Part shown: piece by piece, positions 1-9,153 of the stretch
Layout: each line of letters begins with the position of its first letter
How positions within the stretch are numbered: the stretch's first letter is position 1
Assembly: GCA_963740085.1 (NCBI GenBank)
Contig: CAVUCU010000005.1
Location: forward strand, 64,001 to 128,000
Source: Nitrospirota bacterium
GTDB taxonomy: Bacteria; Nitrospirota; UBA9217
Length of the DNA stretch: 64,000 bases
Direction of reading: 5' to 3'
Program-made: the position numbers and the translations under genes
Notes under the pieces: generated by a model
Databases searched by the model: none
Told to the model about the DNA's origin: nothing
The model's input: the letters and a program-made list of their open reading frames with translations, nothing else

Positions 1-598
1 AATACTGTCGGATTTCGTTATACTTAACTTACCTCACCTGTCAGATAACAGTTTGTCTCCTGCAGCTCTTCCTTTAGACTCATGTATCACAACTTTAGGA
101 ATATATCTGCAGGGTCATTTATCAGTAGTGTGACCTACACCTACTACTATGGATTTCGATTAGTCATAAAAATTAACGATTACGGGTCGAAATATGTATG
201 CCAGTAATGATTCGACTTGTTCCCATAATGCTCATTCTGGGAAAAGGTTGGCGACATCACGGGTGGGATAAATCTCCTCCTTCGGGGTCTTCAGTTCCCA
301 GAACACTCATTTTGGGATATTCTATTTCAAACTTGGACAATCAATATTGGCATTGTTAGTTTCTACATATGATAAGTAGGTTCCAAAAGGTGCAACCACC
401 GCATAAAAGGAAGAAAACTTGATGGTATGGTTACAACCGCGATTCGTCACTTCGATTGTGAATCTGTACCTCTATGGTGCACCTACTTCTGTGGATTGTT
501 CACTATTCGGAACTATTAACAAATTCCGATTGTAAGATGCATCTGAACTGTTGTCGGTATATACATCGCAATGTTTGTGCTCGACCAGCGTACCACCT

Positions 599-3442
599 TT
601 ATCTGTCCAGCATTTCCCTCACCTTCTTCAGGAGCGCCTGTGGCGACATCGGTTTAATTATCATGGCCGAGCCTGTTTCGATCAAGTCCTTCTCTCGAAG
701 CATATCCAGCGAATATCCGCTTACAAAGAGCACCGGGACCGCGGGCATCACCTTCCTGATCTCTTCATAAGCCTCTCTGCCGCTCTTCTTCGGCATCATA
801 ATGTCGAATAGAAGCAGCTGAATTCTGTCCTTGTTTTCCATGAATTTCGTCACTGCCTCTGCTCCGTCATTCGCCTGAATAACGGTATAGCCCATTTGCT
901 CAAGAACAACTACATTTAAATTCCGCATGTTCACATCATCCTCTGCCAAAAGGATTGTTCCCGTGCCGCCTTTTTGATATTCAACTTCCAGTGTCTTCCG
1001 CCTTTCCACTGCCGAGGCTTTGATCAGCGGGAGATAGATCCGGAAGGTCGTGCCTTTGCCCGGTTCACTGTATACGTTTATGAAACCCTCATTCTGTTTG
1101 AGAATGCCGTACACCATGGCCAACCCGAGCCCTGTTCCCTTGCCGACCTCCTTGGTCGTGAAAAAAGGCTCAAATATATTTTTCCTTGTTTCCTCGTTCA
1201 TCCCCACGCCAGTGTCGGTGGCAGAGATCATGGCATAGGTTCCCGGCTTCCCATACCCGTGGGCCGACACAAACCCGCTATCCATTTTCATAATCGATGT
1301 TTCGATCATGAATGAACCGCCATGCGGCATTGCATCCCGCGCATTCGTTGCAAGATTCATCATTACCTGCTCCAACTGGCCTGCGTCGGCCATGACGGTC
1401 AATTCACCCCCAGCAAGGGCCAAGCGGACCGCAACATCCTCACCGATAATCCGAATGAGAAATTTCTCTACTTTTTTGAGTATGCTATGCAGGTCAACAG
1501 GTTTACGGTCAATGATCTGCTTGCGGCTGAAGGTAAGAAGACTCTGGGTGAGTGAGGCAGCGCGGTCTGCTGACTCCAGCATGTGTTCTATATTCAGCCG
1601 TAAAGGATCGTCCTTCGGCATTTTCATGAGCGTAATGTGTCCGTAGCCGATGATGGCGGACAGGATATTATTGAAATCGTGGGCAATGCCTCCGGCAAGC
1701 GTACCAATGCTCTCCATCTTTTGAGCATGGCGAAGCTGGCTCTCCAAGGCTCTTTTTTCCGTTATGTCGTTGATGACCTCGATGACGGATTGTACTTCAC
1801 CGGATGGACTCTTCATCGCGTATGTCCTTACCTCCACCTGTCTCTGTTTGCCTTTATCATCCGTATGCGTGTGGACAGCAAGACCCGGCTCTCCTGTCTC
1901 GAATGTGCTTTTGCACGCGCAAACATGTCCGGGTTCATGGCATGGCTGTGTTGCATGATGCGATATCTCGTAACAATGTTTTCCAATAATATGCCCCAGC
2001 GATTCCCCTGCTTGCTCGCAGTACGCACGGTTGGCCGATAGTATGCGATAATCGCTATCAATCACCACAAATGCCTGATCAACGCTGGCAAGAATGTCCT
2101 CAATGAACTTTTCGGATTTTCGCAGCGTCTCTTCCGCCCGTTTGCGCTCGGTAATGTCACGGAAGATACCGACGAGGTACTGCTTTCCGCCCAACGTCAC
2201 CGAGGTGGCATTGATGTCCGCGTAAAAGACCGAGCCATCCTTTCTCAACATCGGGGCCTCAGATGCAAGCAAAATCTCGCCGCGCAGCTGTTTTTCAAAG
2301 AGCTCCCGGATGGCGGGCAGGTCCTCTTTCGGGTGAATATCATCAACACGCAGACCAACGATCTCATCGCGGGTATATCCAAGCATGATGCACATGGATT
2401 TATTTGCCTCAATATGCCTCTTGGTCTCCGCGTCGGCAATCATGATCCCGTCGATCGCATTTTCGAATATGGACCGGAACTTTTCCTCGCTTTCCCGCAG
2501 ACTCTCTTCACTTCGTTGACGTCCTTCGATGGAGCGGAGCAGTTCCCCGTTAATTCTGAGAATTGATTTATACCGCCAGAATGCCATGACGAAGAAGACG
2601 ATAATTAGGACAAGTCCGCTGACTGTAAGTATTCTATTGCGCGTCCAGTACGGTACCGGCACGCCGTACCATTTGCGATAAATCTGCTCATATTCGGCGC
2701 TTCCAGTAAAGCTATGCAGGGCATTGTTCAAGCGTCCAAGTAATTGCACGTTTCCCTTGCGTACCACCAAACATCTTTCCTGCTCCGCAAAGGGCTTTCC
2801 GATCTTCTTGATGCGGTCTTCCAGTCGGGCTTCCCGCACATTTTTTTGAATTTGGGTTTCCTCTCCGGCGAATATATCAATTTCCCCAGCGAGAAGGCTG
2901 AAAATTCCTTCCAGATAAGAACCATCAATAGAGAGATTCACGCCTGGCTTGTTTTTTAGTTGCTCGTAGGATAGACTGCCTTTGACAACGCCTACAGTGT
3001 GCCCTCGAGGTGCGGTATCGGGATTAATCTGGCTTTCAGAACGGACAAAATAGGAAAGGTAGGCTACATCTATCGGGGAACTGAATAGTAATATCTTTTC
3101 ACGTTCCGCGCTCTTGAGCAGAACGGTAATATCCGCCTCGCCGGTCTCTACCGAAGTTATCAACGCCGGCCAACCGGGTTCACAAATATATCTAAGCTCC
3201 AATCCCGCACGAGTGGCCACGCTATTGATAATATCCACCGCGAATCCGGAGGGCTTGTCGGTATTTTTGTCCCAAAAATTAACCGGCGAATAGGTACAAT
3301 GGATAACCACTGTCGCCTTTTCAGGCGCTATCTGCTTATTAGAAGATTCAGCCCATGATAAAGAGACGCAGGCTAAGACTATGGAAAAGATAATGATAAT
3401 AGGTACCAAAAACTTCCTAATTGGGCGCTTGGAATCAGGCAA
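599..3442 (-). CDS. Hybrid sensor histidine kinase/response regulator (periplasmic SBP family 3 domain, TM, 2 PAS, HisKA/HATPase, receiver)
   Basis: ORF 599..3457; H-box LAGGIAHDFNN, G-boxes DTGVGM/GTGLGL, C-terminal receiver (LLAEDD...DIMMP). TTG start at 3442 chosen because it follows an AAGGAGG RBS. Confidence 0.9.
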   Translation of the reverse strand: MPDSKRPIRKFLVPIIIIFSIVLACVSLSWAESSNKQIAPEKATVVIHCTYSPVNFWDKNTDKPSGFAVDIINSVATRAGLELRYICEPGWPALITSVETGEADITVLLKSAEREKILLFSSPIDVAYLSYFVRSESQINPDTAPRGHTVGVVKGSLSYEQLKNKPGVNLSIDGSYLEGIFSLLAGEIDIFAGEETQIQKNVREARLEDRIKKIGKPFAEQERCLVVRKGNVQLLGRLNNALHSFTGSAEYEQIYRKWYGVPVPYWTRNRILTVSGLVLIIVFFVMAFWRYKSILRINGELLRSIEGRQRSEESLRESEEKFRSIFENAIDGIMIADAETKRHIEANKSMCIMLGYTRDEIVGLRVDDIHPKEDLPAIRELFEKQLRGEILLASEAPMLRKDGSVFYADINATSVTLGGKQYLVGIFRDITERKRAEETLRKSEKFIEDILASVDQAFVVIDSDYRILSANRAYCEQAGESLGHIIGKHCYEISHHATQPCHEPGHVCACKSTFETGEPGLAVHTHTDDKGKQRQVEVRTYAMKSPSGEVQSVIEVINDITEKRALESQLRHAQKMESIGTLAGGIAHDFNNILSAIIGYGHITLMKMPKDDPLRLNIEHMLESADRAASLTQSLLTFSRKQIIDRKPVDLHSILKKVEKFLIRIIGEDVAVRLALAGGELTVMADAGQLEQVMMNLATNARDAMPHGGSFMIETSIMKMDSGFVSAHGYGKPGTYAMISATDTGVGMNEETRKNIFEPFFTTKEVGKGTGLGLAMVYGILKQNEGFINVYSEPGKGTTFRIYLPLIKASAVERRKTLEVEYQKGGTGTILLAEDDVNMRNLNVVVLEQMGYTVIQANDGAEAVTKFMENKDRIQLLLFDIMMPKKSGREAYEEIRKVMPAVPVLFVSGYSLDMLREKDLIETGSAMIIKPMSPQALLKKVREMLDR

Positions 3443-3830
3443 GCTAACCTCCTTCAAAACAAGAGCGTTGTTTGCTCTTGGAAATGACTATTTTATACTT
3501 TGTAAGTTGTGGGACAACGACCCCATTGACACATGACGTTATGTTAAGGAGAAGCAGGAACATTAAGGGTTAGACGGAACATTTCAATCTCCCTCACGGA
3601 GTGATTATAACATAATGGCGCAACGTGCAATGCTTATTCGAGTTGGATCGTAGTCGGATGATAAAGAGATTCAGACATGGGTTCAATAATACCCGAACAT
3701 TACATCCGGACATCTGGTAGATTCGGCGTTTTAGAAGCATCCTCTATAGGGTATTGTACTGGTATTCCAGCAAATACGGAATGTAACTTGATATGTTTCA
3801 ACAAAATGCAACTACAACGAGTACAGTCAA

Positions 3831-5027
3831 CTATGTGCAGCTCACCGATGATGCCAGATATCTCTGTTTGTGTGACAACATGGCAAAAAGCATTCGAGTA
3901 AGTTTATGCATTGTTGCCATGACTGCTTTCTTATAAGGCAATCCAGCTTGTTTCTTTTTCTGGTAATACGCTCGGAATTTATCGTTATTGAGGATCACAT
4001 TTACCGTCATGAGCCAAAGAACACGTCGAAGGTGCCTATTTCCTCTCTTTGAGATTCTGCTCTTTCCCTCGTACTTGCCGGATTGATACACTGTTGGATC
4101 AATCCCTGCGTAGGCAATCAAATGTTTGTGCGTCTCGTAGCTCTCGATTCGTCCTAGCTCAGCCAAAAAAGTGGTACCGGTTCCGTTACCGATGCCTACC
4201 ACGGATGTTACAATCTCCAGGTCTTCGACCATCAGAGAGTTGCAGTAGTCCGTGAGCATGACCGTCAACTCATCTCGACGATCCTCCAGATGGATTAGTG
4301 TCGAGATTTTCCCCCGGAGGATAGTCTCTTTGGCTGGACTGACCGTCCCAACCGAGTTCTTGGCCAGTTTGATGATATCCTCCGCCGTAAAGGTTGATAT
4401 TCTGCTCCCTGAACCTCGTGGCTCCATAGCTTTAGCTATTGCCCGGGGTTTGGCAAGCACAATCAAACGAGCCGAGGGAAACTTCTTCAGAAATTCAAGC
4501 ATGATGCCCGAATAGACGCCGCAGAGCCGCTCAAGCTCAGGAAAGGTCGTCTGCAAGACCCGCTTGATCTCGGTCTTGGTCGCGGAAATCAAATGGCTCA
4601 GCGACTCTCTCTCCCGGGCGAGATCTCGCATATCCTGCATATCCTGGCTGACGGACATCTGAGAAATCTTATCCGTGTGAGCCAGCAGGAACTGGGCGAT
4701 CGTCAGTGCGTCTTTCTTATCGGTCTTGGTCTTCCGGAGCGTAAGTTTGGCAAAGTTCGAAATCAACAGCGGGTTAATGACTACGGCTCGGATGCCCTGA
4801 GACGTGAGATAAGAGAATAGATTGATGTGATAGCAGCCCGTGGACTCCATGCCGACGATGACCGTAGAAACATATGGTTGCTGTGCCATTATCATCTTCA
4901 GCAACTTCGAGAACCCATCACTGTCCATGGTACAATCTTGGGCGAAACAGCGTGTCCCTTTGCCGTCAAGGCCAGCGGCAGAAAAGGACTCTTTGGAAAC
5001 ATCGACGCCAACGGTCAAACTTTCCAT
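3831..5027 (-). CDS. IS110-family DEDD recombinase/transposase (398 aa)
   Basis: RuvC-like motifs GVDVSK, GMESTG, KTDKKD; C-terminal AGIDP..YQSGK with conserved Ser; GGAGGAGG RBS before ATG at 5027. Confidence 0.95.
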   Translation of the reverse strand: MESLTVGVDVSKESFSAAGLDGKGTRCFAQDCTMDSDGFSKLLKMIMAQQPYVSTVIVGMESTGCYHINLFSYLTSQGIRAVVINPLLISNFAKLTLRKTKTDKKDALTIAQFLLAHTDKISQMSVSQDMQDMRDLARERESLSHLISATKTEIKRVLQTTFPELERLCGVYSGIMLEFLKKFPSARLIVLAKPRAIAKAMEPRGSGSRISTFTAEDIIKLAKNSVGTVSPAKETILRGKISTLIHLEDRRDELTVMLTDYCNSLMVEDLEIVTSVVGIGNGTGTTFLAELGRIESYETHKHLIAYAGIDPTVYQSGKYEGKSRISKRGNRHLRRVLWLMTVNVILNNDKFRAYYQKKKQAGLPYKKAVMATMHKLTRMLFAMLSHKQRYLASSVSCT

Positions 5028-5059
5028 TGATCCCTCCTCCATGCAAGATTTAGACAGGC

Positions 5060-5201
5060 AGGAAACGCCTCCCGACCAATCCTCCATCGTTACCAGGGCT
5101 CTTTGGCCCAATCAACCTATCATGGCTATGGGAGGCAGGGAACAAACTGTACTGAGGGTTCAAGGACCCAGGAAGTAAACTAAGTTCTCCTGCCCTTCTA
5201 T
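5060..5201 (-). ncRNA. Putative IS110 bridge RNA (target-binding and donor-binding loops); ends approximate
   Basis: UACUUCCU (5177-5170) and AGUACAG (5153-5147) match the left and right flanks around the CT core; GGUUGAUU (5117-5110) and GGAG (5085-5082) match the IS ends; each guide pair encloses a hairpin and is closed by a stem. Confidence 0.8.
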
Positions 5202-5207
5202 GACATC

Positions 5208-5232
5208 TATATAGCACAACTAATCGTAGGAG
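5208..5232 (-). promoter_or_regulatory. -10 half (TG-n-TATATA) of the IS110 circle-junction promoter; the -35 half TTGACT is at 3830-3825
   Basis: Exactly 17 nt (5230-5214) lie between the core and TATATA (5213-5208). Confidence 0.75.
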
Positions 5233-5667
5233 GAAGTACTTCTTGCCGTTCGAATATAGCATAGAATGAATATTTCAAGAAGCAATTTACGATTCTAAGA
5301 GCAGCGTATCGATTGGGCTGAGCATAGTGAGCCAACATCTTCTTCAAATTGCGGAAAGCAGCCTCCAACCTCCCGGCTCTCACCGCGTACCTGAATGAAC
5401 TCGTAATAACGACGGCGGCTCGCACTCGATGACCATCGCGCGCCCGGTGCCGGGATGACGAAAGCTCAGAATTGCGGCATGAAGATGGTAGCCCGGGTCG
5501 CCGGGCAAGGCATGTGTATCCGGCAGGGGCAAACCGCCTGCGCCGTACAGAGGATCGCCAACCAGAGGGTGTCCCGAGGATGCCAGGTGAATGCGGATCT
5601 GGTGTGGACGGCCTGTCTCAATTCGGACATCACAGAGGAAGGAATCTTCGCGGCGTTCGATGACGGT
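5233..5667. repeat. Near-identical direct duplicate of 12165..12606 (3' part of rluA plus downstream DNA)
   Basis: Read by eye: identical except about 2 substitutions and one 7-nt unit (CAGCCTC) difference. Confidence 0.92.
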
Positions 5668-5695
5668 ATGGGGTCAGACTTAAAGATTGAGTTAC

Positions 5696-6366
5696 TTATT
5701 CCTTCTTTAAAGCTGCGGCCACAACTTCTATTTCTTTCCAAACATCCTTGCTACTCCGGAGATACACAGTCACAGCCGCGGGGTCTTTCCGCAAATACGC
5801 CGCGATCTCTCGCCCTGTATAACCATATTCCTTCGCTAGAATACTGAAGAGTGGTCGAGCAGTCAAGATATTTGTGGTTCTCTCCATGATCGCAGATCCT
5901 CAAGCGAAACGGCGCACTGCCGAGCAATCTCTCCTGCTAGCCGGGGCAAGACGTCTTCCTGCTTGATTGTTGCTCCGTCGTTCATGAACATCGAGTACTG
6001 TTTTCGTGCTCTGCCTTTGTTCTCGGAAAACATTCTGAGAACAAGGTCGGTGTCAAGCAATTCTGACAGCTCCGTTTTTGTGCCCACGGTCTTGTACCTT
6101 CGGTTATAGTACATGGTATACCTCTGGTTAACGCCCTGAAGGATTTTGGAGAGCGGAATGGCCCTGGTTTCAATCAGAAGGTGCACATGGTTGGACATGA
6201 GTATGTATGCATAGAGATGAAAATGATAGCGTTGTTTGTAGCCGATAAGTATTTCAAGAAATTTACGATAATCGAGGGGATCTTTAAATATCTTCTGCTT
6301 CTGGTTTCCTCTGGTGATTACATGATAAAAGGCGCCTTCGTATTCAATTCGGGGTTTTCTAGCCAT
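5696..6366 (-). pseudogene. REP-associated tyrosine transposase (RAYT)-like gene with C-terminal HTH; internal deletion plus frameshift
   Basis: MARKPR...YHVITRGN...MSNHVHLL (HUH motif); the GHLFQGRY...RYIHLNP catalytic-Tyr segment is missing after YKTVG; HTH (YTGREIAAYLRKD) in a second frame, 5696..5887. Confidence 0.85.
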
Positions 6367-6371
6367 GGCAG

Positions 6372-6400
6372 AGGATAGAAAATATCCCGACGGGCGTCAA
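6372..6400 (-). promoter_or_regulatory. Sigma70-type promoter for the RAYT gene, probably giving a leaderless mRNA
   Basis: TTGACG-17bp-TATCCT, then 5 nt to the ATG at 6366; no SD. Confidence 0.55.
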
Positions 6401-6486
6401 TAACTCAATCTTTAAGTCTGACCCCGTACGCCTCCGAGGGGCCAGCCACGTTCCAATGATTCGGCAGCGCAAACTTATTTTAATCT

Positions 6487-7532
6487 TTAATCCGACAGAA
6501 ATTCCCCGAGCGATTGAAGCGGTTCGATATGATCACAAAATATTTTAAAGATCGTAAGCATCGGCACGGCGATCAGTGCGCCGACGATTCCCCATAGCCA
6601 TCCCCAGAAGATGAGCCAGACAAAGATGACGACCGGGTTCATTGAAAACCGCGCGCCGAGGACCATTGGAGTTACCAGTTGGGACTGAAGAAGCTCGATG
6701 GAAAGATAAATAATCGGAGCAAGAACTGCTTTTTGCATGTCATCTATAGTCCCCAAGGCGACGATGGTAACGAGCGTAATGCCGACCAGCGGTCCGAGAT
6801 AGGGGATATATATGAGCAAAGCGGCCATTATTCCCCAAAGTACGGGGTCGGCATCCCGACGAGATGCAGTCCCACTACGAGCACGATACCCTCACCGGCG
6901 TTGATCATGGTCACCGTCAACAGGTATCGCGAAATCGTTTTCTCTATCTCATTCACAAACTCCTGCACTTTTTCCTTTTTTTGATTCTGCCGAAAAAGAT
7001 GCATCAGCTTTACGACAAAATGGTCGCCGGAGGCAAGAAGAAAAAAAAGAAGGATGAGAACAAGACCGGTCTTGGTCAAAAAAGCTTTGGCCTCTGAAAG
7101 AAATGTCAAGGTCAGGTTCGGAATTGGGTCTGGAGGTACAGCTTCGGTTTTTTTCTTCTCGCCGGCCCCTGCGGTTTCTTTTAATTCGTCGGCAGTTTTC
7201 ATTGCCTTTTTTATGGGCTTCATGAACCTTTTGGACTTTTGCACTACCTGATGGAACGTCTGAGGCGCCTTCTCGATCCATTCCTGGACAGGATCAGCAA
7301 GCCTCGCCATACCAAACCCGACGATCGCCAGAAACGAGATCAGGACCAGAGCTGAACTTGCCGCCTCGGGAACCTTAATCGTCTTTAACATCCTGACGAT
7401 CGGCCTCAGGAGAAAAGTAAAAAAAAGGGCCAGGATTATAGGAAGGAGTACGGCACGGGCAAAATATGCAGTATAGAAAAGGGCGAGGAGAAACATGCCG
7501 GTAAGGGAAAAGGATAGTAATTTCTGTTTCAC
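6487..7532 (-). CDS. AI-2E (PerM/YhhT) family transporter, split by one frameshift near 6830
   Basis: ORFs 6828..7532 and 6487..6828; motifs YIPYLGP and FWGWLWGIVGALIAVP. Confidence 0.85.
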
Positions 7533-7699
7533 AAGTCACCTCGAAAAAGTGACGAATCCAAGGAGTATTACACATATTACAATCTTAATCATAGAGTGCC
7601 ATGCTACTCACAATTTATTATATCACTTGGTTATAAGGATTTCAGAAAAGCGGATATTTTTAGAGGTGGCCGCGGTCGCAAGAGGGAATCTTCCATAAA

Positions 7700-7888
7700 C
7701 TACTTTAACTTTTTTGGAACTGGCGGCACCTTGGCTCCCTTTGCCCGCGCTTCCGAAAGTCCGATAGCGACCGCTTGTTTTTTGTTTTTTACTTTTACCC
7801 CACTTTTGCCGCTTTTCAGTTCACCTTTCTTAAACCTTTTCATTGCTTCCTCAACCGTTTCCTGTGCCTTCTTACCGTATCTTGCCAT
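7700..7888 (-). CDS. Small basic protein, DUF6496-like
   Basis: MARYGKKAQETVEEAMKRFKKGELKSGKSG...KQAVAIGLSEAR; AGGAGGAG RBS. Confidence 0.75.
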   Translation of the reverse strand: MARYGKKAQETVEEAMKRFKKGELKSGKSGVKVKNKKQAVAIGLSEARAKGAKVPPVPKKLK

Positions 7889-7977
7889 TTCATCTCCTCC
7901 TTGGTTCTTCATAAGAGTTTTTCTTGTGCAGATTCGGGACATTCTTCTTATTATCGCAAATTATTTCGCTGTCAGGA

Positions 7978-8070
7978 TTACAGAATATGAATGTATCCAC
8001 CGATCGTATATCCGCTTACTAATCCCAGAAGCCACATAATCATAAGAATTACAAAGATCGTCCAAAGCAT
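7978..8070 (-). CDS. lmo0937-family small membrane protein, C-terminally truncated
   Basis: MLWTIFVILMIMWLLGLVSGYTIGGYIHIL; AAGGAG RBS. Confidence 0.7.
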   Translation of the reverse strand: MLWTIFVILMIMWLLGLVSGYTIGGYIHIL

Positions 8071-8197
8071 AGTATGCTCCTTTTTGAATGAGTGAATTTG
8101 TTCATTCCAAAACAGCCAATTATGAATAAGCGGTGGCTTCTTCAAAAAACAAGGTGGAAAACAGTCGTTTTCCACCTTTGCTTAAATAGAGTCCTTT

Positions 8198-8486
8198 TTA
8201 GTAGCCCGGTTTTCCAGATTTCTCGGCCGCTCCAGGTTCGTCGGTTGGATTCTTAATAACGCCGTCTTCGATCTTGACCTTGTCTCCGACCTTGGTGTCT
8301 TTTACGTCTTGTACATCAACGGTCGTCTCCTTGCCCATATCGTCCTGTATGGTCACCACTTCCTTCGATCCTGGTAACGGAACTGTTAACTCCCATTTTA
8401 TCAGCTCAGGCTGCGAGGCTGAGGCCTGCTAAACTCAGGAGAAATGCCGCGGTCACCAGGACGGTAATAATAGATTTCATCTTCAT
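8198..8486 (-). pseudogene. Small secreted protein, interrupted (signal peptide plus acidic beta-rich domain)
   Basis: AGGAGGTG RBS; MKMKSIITVLVTAAFLLSLAGLSLAA* followed by out-of-frame VVTIQDDMGKETTVDVQDVKDTKVGDKVKIEDG. Confidence 0.5.
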
Positions 8487-8532
8487 GTCGGTTCACCTCC
8501 TTTTTTTATCATAAAAAGTTATCAGAGGATGA

Positions 8533-9153
8533 TCAGTACCTGAAGCCGAGATCAATTGTTGCGGTAAATCCGTTCAACTTGACGGGCTGACCTCCGAATT
8601 CCGGCTTGGCCCGGATGTATCTTCCCTCAGCCCCGAGGAAAAAGGTGTCCGAAAAGTTGATGTTCAATCCGACCCCTGCATGGACTCCGTAGGTAACTTT
8701 CGATGAACCGCTGAAGCTTCCGAGATTGCCGCTTACTTCAAGTTTCGTGAAGTAAGCGCCGATCCGACTCGCCGTAGGGCTGGATCGGCCCGAGCGGGAG
8801 AAAGACCTTGGCGCTCGCAAGCACCGGGATGACCTTCAGTTTCGTACTTCCCGGCTCTGCCGCCGGTGAACCCTTGCTCTCAAAGTATCCGGCTCCTAGT
8901 TCAATGCCGAATATGGGTAAGAAGTAATGACCGAACGCGAGCTCTCCATTGAAACCGGTCTTGGTGTCCAAACGACTTGTGCTGCCATTGTTGAAATTGT
9001 CAAGATCGTACGAGTCGCTGGGTGAATAGATCCCTCCCTTGATCACCGTGTAGTTGGAATTTTTTTCCGACGCCGTCTCAGCCCGGGAGGCGGAGGGTGC
9101 AAGAGCGATCAGAACTGCGGACAGAACCAGAGATAGAGCAAAGTGTATTTCAT
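8533..9153 (-). CDS. Outer-membrane beta-barrel protein (OmpW/porin-like), frameshifted
   Basis: ORFs 8738..9046 and 8533..8820; alternating beta-strands, C-terminal DLGFRY; GGAGGAG RBS near 9160. Confidence 0.75.

Larger units (their letters stand above)
3825..5232 (-). mobile_element. IS110-family insertion sequence (non-coding end upstream of the recombinase), flanked by the CT core on both sides
   Basis: Core CT (plus-strand AG) at 3825-3826 and 5231-5232; joining the ends gives TTGACT-17bp-TATATA; guides in the leader match both flanks. Confidence 0.9.
5670..6425 (-). mobile_element. RAYT-like (Y1 HUH) element bounded by perfect 25-bp inverted repeats
   Basis: GGGGTCAGACTTAAAGATTGAGTTA at 5670-5694 and its exact reverse complement at 6401-6425. 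Confidence 0.8.

Noticed and set aside
1-598. AT-rich region with short ORFs, and a 13-mer (ATAACAGTTTGTC) shared with about 49843
   Set aside because: No credible ORF, repeat array or RNA motif; a single 13-mer match is expected by chance in 64 kb.
3800-3830. Outward-facing IS110 -35 box forming a hybrid promoter for the kinase gene
   Set aside because: No good -10 hexamer at 16-18 bp in the flank.
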